Of a stretch of DNA of 64,000 nucleotides, positions 28,676 through 38,651 are shown piece by piece. Under the pieces are notes generated by a model. That model was given only the letters and a program-made list of their open reading frames with translations, was not told the origin of the DNA and searched no databases. Positions within the stretch are counted from its first letter, which is position 1, and every line of letters begins with the position of its first letter. The stretch lies in contig OY969691.1 in the NCBI GenBank assembly GCA_963701985.1, positions 888,135 to 952,134 on the forward strand, in the 5' to 3' direction. The DNA is from an uncultured Coriobacteriia bacterium (lineage in GTDB: Bacteria > Actinomycetota > Coriobacteriia > Anaerosomatales > PALSA-660). The translations under genes were made by a program, and so were the position numbers.

Positions 28676-29440
28676 CTACCGGTTGCGGTCGAAGACCGTG
28701 TGCAGGCCTTTGAGCGTGAGATCCAGGTCGACGTCGGTCACGGTCTCGCACAGCGGCGCCATGCGCTCCGCGAGCCCGCCGGTCGCGACCACCCGGCCGT
28801 CGACGCCCATCTCGCGCCAGGTCCGTCGGACGAGGCCGTCGACCATGGCGGCGGCGCCGAGCAGCAGACCGGCCTGAACGCTCTGCCGCGTGTTCTTCCC
28901 GATGACGGTTCCCGGATCCTCGAGCTCGACCTTGGAGAGCCGGGCGGCCTTCGAGAACAGCGCCTCGGCGCTCGTCTCCACACCCGGGGCGATCGCGCCG
29001 CCCAGGTAGGCGCCGCCGGCGTCGATCACGTCGATCGTGGTCGCGGTGCCGAAGTCGACCACCAGGACGGGCCCGCCGAAGGCGGCGAACGCGGCGACGC
29101 CGTTCACGATGCGGTCCGCGCCGACCTCGTGCGGATTGTCGTAGCGGATCGGCATGCCGGTCTTCAGCCCCGGCCCGACCACCATCGGCCCGCGGCTCGT
29201 CTCCGCGCGCACGGCATCGCACCACGCATCCGTCAGCCGTGGCACGACGGACGCGAGGACCACCGCGTCGACGTCGTCCCACGACGCGCCGCCATGACGG
29301 AGGAGCGCGTCCGTCGCCACGGCGAGCTCGTCGGCGGTGATGGACGGATGCGACGCGATGCGCCAATGCCGCGTCAGCGCGTCGCCGTCGAACAGGCCGA
29401 GCACAGTCTGGGTATTGCCGACATCGACGGCGAGGATCAC
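28676..29440 (-). CDS. coaX: Type III pantothenate kinase
   Basis: ILAVDVGNTQTVLGLF, GADR and GTATT motifs. I place the start at GTG 29440 because GAGGAGGGAG lies 7 nt upstream. The ORF track extends to 29491. Confidence 0.9.
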   Translation of the reverse strand: MILAVDVGNTQTVLGLFDGDALTRHWRIASHPSITADELAVATDALLRHGGASWDDVDAVVLASVVPRLTDAWCDAVRAETSRGPMVVGPGLKTGMPIRYDNPHEVGADRIVNGVAAFAAFGGPVLVVDFGTATTIDVIDAGGAYLGGAIAPGVETSAEALFSKAARLSKVELEDPGTVIGKNTRQSVQAGLLLGAAAMVDGLVRRTWREMGVDGRVVATGGLAERMAPLCETVTDVDLDLTLKGLHTVFDRNR

Positions 29441-29589
29441 GGCCCTGCTCCCTCCTCGTTCAGCGGTCTCGAGCATGCGCGGCGACGTCACCGCTCCGTC
29501 ACGTGACCGTGCGGCTACGGTGCCCGAAGTGCTCCGGAGCCGGTGCTATCATCGCCGCGGAACCCCGGCACCGACAAGGGGGAGAGTAC

Positions 29590-30298
29590 ATGCACAACCC
29601 GCCACGACTGCTCGTCGTCGACGATGAGGACGCGATCCTCGAGTTCGTCTCCTTCAACCTTCGCAAGGAAGGCTACGAGGTCACCACGGCGAAGGACGGC
29701 GACAGCGCACTCGCGCTGGCCGAGAAGGAGCCGTTCGACCTCGTCATCCTCGACATCATGCTGCCGGGCACCGACGGCTTCGAGGTGTGCCGCCGCTTGC
29801 GGACGCACGGCGACGTCCCGGTCCTGTTCCTCTCGGCGCGCGACACCGAGCTGGACAAGGTCGTCGGGCTGGAGATCGGCGGCGACGACTATCTCGCCAA
29901 ACCGTTCGGCATCCGCGAGCTGCAGGCGCGCGTGAAGGCGCTGCTGCGACGCTCGACCGGCTCGACCGCGAAGGGCGGCGCGGAGCCCGAACCGGGCGAG
30001 ATCTTCGAGTCCGCGGGCATCCGGCTCGACGAGACGTCCCACGACGTCTCGTACGGCGACGACGCCGATCGACCTCACGCCGCGCGAGTTCGAGCTGCTC
30101 GCGTGCCTGATGCGGCATGCCGGCAAGGTGCTGTCGCGCGACCAGCTGCTCAGGCAGGCGTGGGGGTGGGAGATCGTCGTCGAGACGAAGACGGTCGACA
30201 CGCACATCAAGCGGCTGCGCGACAAGCTCGAAGCCGCCGGCGTGGACCCCAACATCGTGGAGACCGTGCGCGGGTACGGCTACCGGCTGAATGGCTAG
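29590..30298 (+). pseudogene. OmpR-family response regulator, single frameshift as sequenced
   Basis: Receiver domain RLLVVDDEDAILEF...DLVILDIMLPGTDG...LSARD...DDYLAKPF comes from ATG 29590. The winged-helix C-terminus LTPREFELLACLMRHAGKVLSRDQLL...VDTHIKRLRDKLE...IETVRGYGYRL is in ORF 30110..30298. The shift is near 30067. Confidence 0.85.
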
Positions 30299-31757
30299 GT
30301 CCCGGGTGCGCGGCTCCATCCGCACGCGGCTTCTCGCGGCCTTCCTGGTCGTCGCGGTCGGAGCGGCGGGCGGGCTGTCGATCTACTTCCTCGCGCAGCT
30401 CGAGGCCTATGCGGTACGTCGTCTCGAAGAACGGCTCTACACCGAGGCGCGCGTCTCCGCGGGTCTCGTCGGAGCGGCCATCGAGACGTCAGCGCGACAG
30501 GGCGGGAGCTCGCGGCTCACCGTCTCGCTCGACCAGACGTTCGACCGTGCCCTCACACAGGCCGCCGCGCAGACCTCCACCACGATCCTCGTCGTGGATT
30601 CCGACGGGCGCGTGGTCGCCGACAGCGCGAAACCCAGCGCCGTGGGCAGCGACTACGGGAAGCGCGCGGAGATCCGCAAGGCGTTGAGCGGCGGGTACGG
30701 CGAGGCCACCCGGCAGCTGCAGAACGGGCGGCTCGCCCTCTACGTGGCGGCGCCGATCCTCGTGAGCGGGCGCGTCGTCGGCGTCACGTACGCGTCGTCG
30801 TCCACGTTCTCGGTCCTCACGCTGCTCTCGGAGTACCGCGGCGACCTGGCCATCGTCGTCATCGCGTTCCTGATCGCGGCGTTCATCATCACCGAGGTGC
30901 TGACACGATGGCTCGCGCGGCCGCTGCAAGACCTGCAGCGCGGCGCCGCGCGGCTCGCGTCGGATCATTCGGTCCGCGTGAAGCCGTCGGGTCCGCGGGA
31001 GACGCGCGAGCTGGCGACGGCGTTCAACGAGCTCGCCGAGGAGATCGAGTCGTCCTCGGTCGAACTGCACGAGGAGGAGCGGCGCAAGTCGCGCTTCATC
31101 TCCGACGTGAGCCACGAGCTGCGCAGTCCGCTCACCGGGATCCGCCTGGCCGCCGAGACGCTGCTGGAGAACGACATCGACGCCACCGACGAGAAGCGGT
31201 TCCTCGAGACGATCGTGCGCGAATCGGACCGGCTGACGGGTCTCGCCAACGACCTGCTCGAACTGCAGCGCATCGAAGGCGCGACCGGGGAGCTGCCGCT
31301 CACGCAGGTCGACCTGCGACAGGCGGCGCTGCTGGCCGTCGAGGCGAACGAGCCGGTGGCGGCCGAGCGCGGCGTGACGGTCGTGGTCGAGGGCAGGGCG
31401 CCGCGCGTGCTGGGGGTGCGCGACCGGCTGCAGCAGGTCGTCGGCAATCTGCTCGACAACGCGACCCGGCACACGCCGACGGGCAAGCACGTGTTCGTGC
31501 GCCTGTCGGAGGAGGACGGTCAGGCGGTCCTGCGGGTGGTCGACGAGGGGTCGGGCATCCCGCGAGTCGATCTCGCCAACCTCTTCGAGCGCTTCTACCG
31601 GGCCCAGTACTCGCGCGACCGGGCCAGCGGCGGCGCGGGACTCGGGCTCGCGATCGTTCGCGCGATCGTGACCGCGCACGGCGGCTCGATCGAGGCCGCC
31701 AACCGTCCCGAAGGCGGCGCCGTCTTCACCGTGCGCTTGCCGAAGCTCGGGGGCTAG
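30291..31757 (+). CDS. Sensor histidine kinase (two TM segments, HAMP, HisKA, HATPase)
   Basis: H-box SHELRSPLT, N-box LLDNATRHTP, and G-boxes DEGSGIP and GGAGLGLAIV. The start overlaps the response regulator stop. Confidence 0.9.
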   Translation: MARSRVRGSIRTRLLAAFLVVAVGAAGGLSIYFLAQLEAYAVRRLEERLYTEARVSAGLVGAAIETSARQGGSSRLTVSLDQTFDRALTQAAAQTSTTILVVDSDGRVVADSAKPSAVGSDYGKRAEIRKALSGGYGEATRQLQNGRLALYVAAPILVSGRVVGVTYASSSTFSVLTLLSEYRGDLAIVVIAFLIAAFIITEVLTRWLARPLQDLQRGAARLASDHSVRVKPSGPRETRELATAFNELAEEIESSSVELHEEERRKSRFISDVSHELRSPLTGIRLAAETLLENDIDATDEKRFLETIVRESDRLTGLANDLLELQRIEGATGELPLTQVDLRQAALLAVEANEPVAAERGVTVVVEGRAPRVLGVRDRLQQVVGNLLDNATRHTPTGKHVFVRLSEEDGQAVLRVVDEGSGIPRVDLANLFERFYRAQYSRDRASGGAGLGLAIVRAIVTAHGGSIEAANRPEGGAVFTVRLPKLGG

Positions 31758-32320
31758 CGGCGTGACAGCGCCGCCGCGCGGCGCACCGAAGGGACGATCG
31801 CCACGGCGACCGCGGCCTTGAGCGCGTCGGGCAGCACGAAGGGCGCGACGCCGGCCACGAGCGCGGGGACCGGACCCATGTGCGCCACGGCCGCGAGCTG
31901 CGCCCAGCCGATGAGGTAGACGAGCGCGATCGTCGTCACGGCGGCGAGGATGTCGGCCGCGAGCCTCCCCGCGCCGGCGCCCAGCGCGCGCTCACGAACC
32001 CACGCGCCCACCACCGCGCCGGCCAGGAACCCGATCAGGTAGCCGCCCGTCGGGCCCACGACGATGCCGATGCCTCCGCGCAAGCCGGAGAAGACCGGCA
32101 GGCCGATGATGCCGAGACCGAGGTACGTGCCGACGGCCAACGCCGCCCACCCCGGCGGGACGAGGAGCGCCGCGAGGACGACCACGAACACCTGGAGCGT
32201 GACGGGCACCGGCTGGACCGGGATCGTGACGAGCACGGACGCGGCGAGCAACGCCGCGAGCAGCGCGGTCGTGGTCACGCGGCGAGCGGAGGATGCGGCG
32301 GTGCCGGTCGTCGCTGACAC
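31754..32320 (-). CDS. bioY: Biotin transporter BioY
   Basis: 188-aa multi-TM protein: PVTLQVFVVVLAALL...GLPVFSG..GG...VGPTGGYLIGF. Lies next to birA and downstream of a BirA-type operator. Confidence 0.85.
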   Translation of the reverse strand: MSATTGTAASSARRVTTTALLAALLAASVLVTIPVQPVPVTLQVFVVVLAALLVPPGWAALAVGTYLGLGIIGLPVFSGLRGGIGIVVGPTGGYLIGFLAGAVVGAWVRERALGAGAGRLAADILAAVTTIALVYLIGWAQLAAVAHMGPVPALVAGVAPFVLPDALKAAVAVAIVPSVRRAAALSRR

Positions 32321-32359
32321 TGGCCCCCTGCGTGCGATCGAGCGGATGGGCGCGCGACC

Positions 32360-32388
32360 TGTGAACCGTATCGGACGCGCGGTTCACA
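32360..32388. promoter_or_regulatory. Putative BirA operator (bioO): TGTGAACC-N13-GGTTCACA
   Basis: Perfect 8-bp inverted repeat: TGTGAACC at 32360-32367 and GGTTCACA at 32381-32388. It lies 40 nt upstream of the bioY start and directly downstream of birA. The half-site resembles E. coli bioO TGTAAACC. Confidence 0.6.
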
Positions 32389-32434
32389 GTACCGCGCGCG
32401 CGGCGGCCGGGTCAAACCCCGTCGCGGCGCGGGA

Positions 32435-33448
32435 TCACGCGCGATCCGCGGCTCCGCCGCCGGAGCGTCCCCCGCGGGCCGGCGGACGCAACGTCACGTC
32501 GCCGGTGACGACCGCGGTCTCACCGCGCGCCCCCGAGACTAGGAGCCGGCCGACCGCGTCCATGCCGGTCACGCGCCCCGACACGATCGCGCCGCCGGAC
32601 GCGTCGCTCACGGTGACGTCACGGCCGGTCAGCCACGCGCGACGGTCGTAGTCGGCCCGGAGCGCACCGAAACCGCCGTCCCGCCACTCGCCGTACGCCT
32701 CGGCCACGCCGTCGAGCACGGCCGCGGTGACCGTGGCGAGCGGAAGACGCCGGTCGAGGGCCTCGTCCACGCTCGCCGCGTCGGCCTTCGACGGCGCGGC
32801 GCGGACGTTGACGCCGATCCCCGCCACGACCCAGGAGACACGCCACCCTTCGCTGAGCCCCTCGAGCAGGACGCCCGCGATCTTGCGGCCGCGCTCGTCG
32901 AGGACGTCGTTGGGCCACTTGATGCGCACCGGCACGCCGAGAGACTCGAGCCCTCGCGCGACACCGAGCGCGACGACGAGCGGCAGGACGATGGCGTCCG
33001 GCGTCTCGACCTGCGGGCGCAGCACGATCGACGCGTAGACGCCGCCGGCGGGCGACGCCCACACGCGCCCCAACCGGCCCCGGCCCGCGGTCTGACGTGA
33101 AGCGAGCACGACGGTGCCCTCCGGAGCACCGCCACGGGCGAGCTCGCGGGCGTCGTCGTTCGTCGACCCCGTGGACGCGCCGCCTTCGATGCGCGTGTAG
33201 AACGACGAGGCGAGCAGCGGCCTCACGACGAGCGGCGCCGGGGCGTCCGGGGCGGCGACGAACCGATACCCGCCGCCGCGCCGCGCCTCGATGACGAATC
33301 CGACGTCGGTCAGGGCCGCGATGTGCTTGTGGACGGCCACGCGGCTGATCCCGAGCGCGGACGCGATCTGCTCGCCCGACACCTCGCCGTCGCTCTCGCA
33401 CAAGGCGCTCAGGATGGCGGCCCTTCTCTGCTCGGGTGATGCCGTCAT
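32435..33448 (-). CDS. birA: Bifunctional biotin operon repressor / biotin-[acetyl-CoA-carboxylase] ligase
   Basis: ORF trimmed to ATG 33448. N-terminal HTH ISGEQIASALGISRVAVHKHIAAL, then ligase core QTAGRGRLGRVW and KWPNDV. Confidence 0.9.
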   Translation of the reverse strand: MTASPEQRRAAILSALCESDGEVSGEQIASALGISRVAVHKHIAALTDVGFVIEARRGGGYRFVAAPDAPAPLVVRPLLASSFYTRIEGGASTGSTNDDARELARGGAPEGTVVLASRQTAGRGRLGRVWASPAGGVYASIVLRPQVETPDAIVLPLVVALGVARGLESLGVPVRIKWPNDVLDERGRKIAGVLLEGLSEGWRVSWVVAGIGVNVRAAPSKADAASVDEALDRRLPLATVTAAVLDGVAEAYGEWRDGGFGALRADYDRRAWLTGRDVTVSDASGGAIVSGRVTGMDAVGRLLVSGARGETAVVTGDVTLRPPARGGRSGGGAADRA

Positions 33449-33518
33449 CCGCTCCCGCCCGTCTCCGCCGCGTGTCATTCCCGAACGGTACCGCACCTCG
33501 GTGCCGGGAGCGAGGACG

Positions 33519-34055
33519 TCAGGACGAAGGACCGGGAACGATCGTCCCCTCCGCGTCGCGCAGTCCGGCGTCACGCGCCCATCGCATCCACAGCGACCGC
33601 CGAGGCCAGGTGTAGGCGCACATCGCGTAGCTGGACACCGCGGTGGCGGCGAGCGGCACGAAGGAGCGGACGAGCACCGTGGCGACGAACCCGAAGAGTG
33701 CGGCGAGCTCCGCCACGAGGTACGCGGCGACCGAGGCGGCGCCGAAGACGCCGTACACGGCAGCCGTCCTGCGGTAGGCGCGCCTCCCCGCGCGGCGCTG
33801 CGCGATCGCGGCCCCCGCGATCTGTTCGCGGACCGCCGGCGCCGCCAGCGGCACCGCGAGAGCCGGGAGCGTGAGCAGCGCCGCGAGCACGGGTTGCGGA
33901 CGCGACGCGACGGCGAGCGAGAGGTAGACGGCGGACACGATCCCGAACGCGACCGGGAACAGCGCGAACCCGGCACACACGAGCCGCGCCTTGCGCAACG
34001 CGGCCGCGAAACCGTCGTCGTGCACCCGATGGCGGGCGTGACGCCGCTCGCTCAC
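33519..34055 (-). CDS. Hypothetical membrane protein
   Basis: 178-aa ORF with 4-5 hydrophobic helices. GTG 34055 overlaps the nadC stop (GTGA). No family recognised. Confidence 0.5.
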   Translation of the reverse strand: MSERRHARHRVHDDGFAAALRKARLVCAGFALFPVAFGIVSAVYLSLAVASRPQPVLAALLTLPALAVPLAAPAVREQIAGAAIAQRRAGRRAYRRTAAVYGVFGAASVAAYLVAELAALFGFVATVLVRSFVPLAATAVSSYAMCAYTWPRRSLWMRWARDAGLRDAEGTIVPGPSS

Positions 34056-34965
34056 GCGCTTCGCTCGTCCAGGCCGACATCGAGCGGCGCGGCCAGCGTG
34101 AGCGCGCTCGAGCTCGCGCGGTCCACGCCCGCCGACGCCAGCGCCGCGAGCCGCTCGACGGTCACGCCGCCGGACGCTTCCGTGAGGCAGCGCCGCCCCG
34201 GCGGCGTCGAGGAGCGGACGGCGGACACCGCCGCGGCGAGCGACGCGTCGTCCATGTTGTCGAGGAGCACCATGTCCGCGCCGGCCCTCGCCGCCTCGGC
34301 CGCCTGCGGCACGTCGTCAGCCTCGACCTCGACGAGCAGCTCGGGATGCGCGCGCCGCGCTCGGGCGACGGCGGCCGCGATGCCGCCCGCCGCGGCCACG
34401 TGGTTGTCCTTGACGAGCACCATGTCGAACAGTCCGGCGCGATGGTTGGTACCGCCGCCGACGAGCACGGCGTACTTGGACAGCGCGCGCAGCCCCGGGA
34501 TCGTCTTGCGCGTGTCCACGACGTCGAGCCCCGCGGGCGCCGCCGCCCGCCAGCGCGCCGTCACGGTCGCGATCCCCGAGAGCAGCACGATGAAGTCGAG
34601 CGCGGTCCGCTCGCCCGCCAGCACGACGCGAGCGAGGCCGTCGACCTCCAGCAGCGTGCGTCCCGCCCGCCACGTGGCTGCCCTCCGCCACGCAGCGGGA
34701 AGCATCGGGGCGGCTCGGCGGCGGCGGCTCGCGCCAGCGCGGCCCACGTGCGCTCGGCCACCGCGAGCCCGCACGCCACGCCCGGCTCCCTCGCCACGAC
34801 GGCGCCCGAGAACCGGGCGTCGGCGCGCAGCAACGACCCCGTCACGTCGCGATCGAGCAGCGTCGGCGATGGCGTCGCGAGCGAGCGCGGATCCACGCCG
34901 AGGTCCTCCGCGAGCGCCGCGGCGATCGCCGCGGTCGTGTCCGGCAGCCGGAACGGAGCGCTCAT
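34052..34965 (-). pseudogene. nadC: Nicotinate-nucleotide pyrophosphorylase (carboxylating), frameshifted as sequenced
   Basis: The N-terminus from ATG 34965 (ORF 34561..35106) gives MSAPFRLPDTTAAIAAALAEDLG...DVTG. The C-terminal part is in ORF 34052..35047: ERTALDFIVLLSGIATVT...DTRKTIPGLRALSKYAVLVGGGTNHR.GLFDMVLVKDNH...ASGGV. The shift is near 34690. Confidence 0.85.
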
Positions 34966-36842
34966 GCGCGCTCGCCGCGCTCCGCGGCTCGGCCGCCGGC
35001 CGCGGAAGGACCGGTCGCCGGCGACACGGCGCGCGGCTCGGGGACACAGGCCTCGCCCGAACGCGAGCGCACGGGCTCGAGCCGCGGCTTCGCTCCCCGG
35101 CGCCACACGGTGTGGACGCGCCAGCGCTCGTCGTCGCGCGCGGGATAGTCGTCGCGCCAGTGGGCGCCCCGACTCTCCGTGCGGTACCGCGCCGCGTGCG
35201 CGGTGAGCGTCGCGAGCGTCACCATGTTCTGCACTTCCAGCTCCGAGGGGCGCCCGAGGTTGACGGCGAGCAGCGCGCTCAGCTCCCCCAGTACGCCCGC
35301 CGCCCTGCGAGAGCCCCTCCTCGGTCCGGATCGACGCCGACGCACGCGCTCATCGACCTCCTGGACCGCGGCGCGCGCCACCGAGAGCATCGGCAGCTCG
35401 AGCGTCTCGCCGTCCGGCGCCACGATCCGCACGGGCTGGCCCTCGCCGGACGCCGGCAGCGTCCGCACGATGCGCCGCGACAGCACGAGCCCCTCGAGCA
35501 GCGAGTTGCTGGCGAGGCGGTTCGCGCCGTGCAGGCCGGAGCACGCGCATTCGCCCGACGCGTAGAGTCCCGGCACGGTCGTGCGGCCGTCGATGTCCAC
35601 GCGGATGCCGCCGATCGAGTAGTGCGCCGCGGGCGCGACCGGGATGAGGTCGCGCGACAGGTCGTAGCCCGCCTCCAAGCAGGTCTGCGTAGATCATCGG
35701 GAAGTGCGACGCGCAGGACCGCCTCGCCCAGATGCCGCGCGTCGAGCCATACGTTCGGCCTGCCGCAGCGCTGCCATGACCTTCACGATCTCGCGGCTCA
35801 CGACGTCGCGCGGCGCGAGTTCCGCCAGCGGGTGCACGCCGACCATGAAGCGGTTCTCGTCGCAGTCGAGCAGGTACGCACCCTCGCCGCGCAGCGCCTC
35901 GGTGATGAGGAACTTCGGGCTCGCGGCCGAGTCGAACGCGGTGGGGTGGAACTGCACGAACTCGAGGTCGGCCAGCTCGGCGCCCGCGCGCCACGCCGCC
36001 GCGACGCCGTCGCCGGTGGCGATCGCCGGGTTCGTGGTCACGCGGAAGAGCTGCCCCGCGCCGCCGGTCGCGAGCACGACGGCGTCCGCCCAGAAGACCT
36101 CGAGCACGCCGCGACGCGGTGTCGTGCACGAGCGCGCCGACGCAGCGGTCCCCGGCGGTGAGCAGGTCGACGAGGAAGCGCTCCTCGAAGAGCGTGACGC
36201 ACTCCGCGTGCGCCGGACGCGCGCCGAGAGCGTGTCCTGGATCTCGGCGCCGGTGGCGTCGCCCGAGTGCAGCACGCGCGGCAGCGAGTGGCCGCCTTCG
36301 CGATGCAGGTCGATCGCGCCGCTCGGCCGCGCGGTCGAAATCGACGCCCATCGCGACGAAGGTCGCGCAGCGCCTGCCGGCGCCTCGCCCACGACCGCGC
36401 TGCACGACGTCCTCGTCGCACAGGCCCGGCGCCGACCACGAGCGTGTCGGCGAGATGCAGCTCGACCGAGTCCGCCTCGCCCACCGCTCCCGCGATGCCG
36501 CCCTGCGCGTACCAGGTGTTCGTCTCGGTGATGCGGGCCTTCGTCACGAGGTTCACCGTGCGTCCGCGCGCCGGCGGCTCCGAGCGCCGCCGTGAGCCCC
36601 GCGATGCCGCTGCCGATCACCAGCACGTCGGACCGGTTCTGGCGCAGCTCGTCGGTGTCGAATCCGACCAGGTAGCGCCGGCCGAGCGCGTCCGGCAGCC
36701 GCCGACGGGCCGGGGCGGAGAGCGTCGGGCCGGCGGGGACCCGGGGCGTGGACGGCGTCCGGTCGAGCTCGGACGCGGGGACCGCGTCCGCTTCGTGTGC
36801 GGGGTGCGTGCGTCTCACCTGCTTGTGTTCGTTGTCGGACAT
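34962..36842 (-). pseudogene. nadB: L-aspartate oxidase, multiply frameshifted as sequenced
   Basis: DVLVIGSGIAGLTAAL (ORF 35694..36842), TNTWYAQGGIA (ORF 36038..36556), LATGGAGQLFRVTTNPAIATGDGVAAAWRAGA..EFVQFHPTA..LITEALRGEGA, and C-terminal IGGIRVD..TVPGLYA.GECACSGLHGANRLASNSLLEGLV (ORF 34962..35678). Confidence 0.85.
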
Positions 36843-36849
36843 CCTTGGT

Positions 36850-37768
36850 TCAGCCGATCGCGATCATGCGCTCGACGGCGGCAGAGCGCCGCGGTGCGGA
36901 CGTCTTCGGGCACTTCGACCGTCGGCGCGAGCGCCGCGAGCGCGTCGCGCACCTTCGCGAGCGTCGTGAGCTTCATGTTCGGGCACACCGGCTCGGGATC
37001 GAGCGTGTAGAACCGCTTGCCCGGGCGCCGCCTTGCGCAGCCCGTGGAGGAGCCCCTGCTCGGTCGACGACGATGAACTCCTCGGCCTCGATCTCCGCCG
37101 CGTACCGCAGCATCCCGCTCGTGGACAGGACCGCGTCGGCCGATGCGCAGCACTTCGGGGCGGCACTCCGGATGCGCCATGACCCGCGCGCCGGGGTGGG
37201 CGTCGATGGCGGCGCGGACCTGCCCGGCGGTGATCCGCTCGTGGGTCGGGCAGAAGCCGGGCCACGCGACGACCTCCACGTCCGGGACCTGGGTGGCCAC
37301 CCAGTGCGCCAGGTTGCGGTCGGGGGCGAACAGCACGCGCGGCGCACCGAGGGATCGGACCACCTGCGGCGCGTTCGCCGAGGTGCAGCACACGTCGCTG
37401 AGCGCCTTCACGTCGGCGGAGGAGTTCACGTACGTGACGACCGGGACGCCCGGCGTACTCGAGACTTCCATGCACGCAGCTTCTCCGCGGTGATCATGTC
37501 GGCCATCGGGCAACCGGCGCGCATCTCGGGCAGGACGACGGTCTTTCCCGGCGCGAGGATCTTCGCGGTCTCGGCCATGAAGTGCACGCCGGCAGAACAC
37601 GATCACGTCCGCGTCGGTCTCCGCGGCCTGGCGCGAGAGCCCGAGCGAGTCGCCGACGAAATCGGCGGCGTCCTGCACCTCGGGACGCTGGTAGTTGTGC
37701 GCGAGGATCACCGCATGCCGATCCGCGGCGAGCGTGCGGATCTCATCAGTCAGATCGGCGAACGTCAT
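36850..37768 (-). pseudogene. nadA: Quinolinate synthase, frameshifted as sequenced
   Basis: ATG 37768 (GAGGAG upstream) gives MTFADLTDEIRTLAADRHAVILAHNYQRPEVQDAADFVGDSLGLS. Later [24 protein letters not shown] and AWPGFCPTHE. The natural-looking end ...AAVERMIAIG-TGA at 36850 is in another frame. Confidence 0.85.
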
Positions 37769-37786
37769 GGACGGCCCGGCTCCTCG

Positions 37787-38645
37787 TCACGCTCCGGCGG
37801 ATCGTATCGCGACATTATCTATCAGGCGGGTGCCATCCACATGGGCCGCGACGAGGACTCGGCACGGACGGTCGACCGTCGTCACACATTCCAGCGTCTC
37901 GGCGTCCACGATCGCCGCGTAGTCGAGCTCGACCTCGGGTTCGGCGGCGACCTCATCGACGAGGATGCCGGTGAGCGCGGCCGCGTCGTTCTCGCGCTCG
38001 GCCGCGATGCGGACCCGTTCGAGCGCGCGCGAGAGCACGAGCGCGTGCGAGCGCGCCTCCTCGCTCAGATACGCGTTGCGGCTCGAGAGCGCGAGGCCGT
38101 TCGCGGTCGCGGACGATCGGGCAGCCGACGACGCGCACGGGGACGTCCAGGTCCCGGACCACGCGCTCGATGACCTTGAGCTGCTGGTAGTCCTTCTCGC
38201 CGAAGAAGGCCACGTCGGGACGCACGATGTCGAGCAGCTTGGCCACGACGGTCGCCACGCCGACGAAGTGACCCGGCCTCGAGGCGCCGCACCACACGGT
38301 GCCGATCGGCCCGGGGTCGACGCGCGTGGACGCGCCCGACGGATACATGACGTCGACACTCGGCGTGAAGACGATGTCGGCGCCCTCGGCTTCGAGCAGC
38401 GAGACGTCGGCCGCGAGGTCGCGCGGGTACGCCTCGAGATCCTCGCCCGGGCCGAACTGCGTCGGATTCACGAAGACCGAGACCACGGTGACGTCGCAGC
38501 GCTCCTTCGACGCGCGCACGAGCGAAAGGTGCCCGTCGTGCAACGCGCCCATGGTGGGCACGAGGCCGATGGTGCGGCCCTCGAGCCGCGGGCGGACGAG
38601 CGCCCCGCGCGCCTCCTCGATGGAGTCCACACGTTCGATGGGCAT
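37787..38645 (-). pseudogene. panC: Pantoate--beta-alanine ligase, single frameshift as sequenced
   Basis: GLVPTMGALHDGHLSLV...VSVFVNPTQFGP.EDL..YPR...GASRPGHFVGVATVV.KL..IV.PD.A.FGEKDYQQ is in ORF 37953..38645. NGLALSSRNAYLS... to the stop is in ORF 37787..38359. The shift is near 38100-38110. Confidence 0.9.
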
Positions 38646-38651
38646 CGCGAC

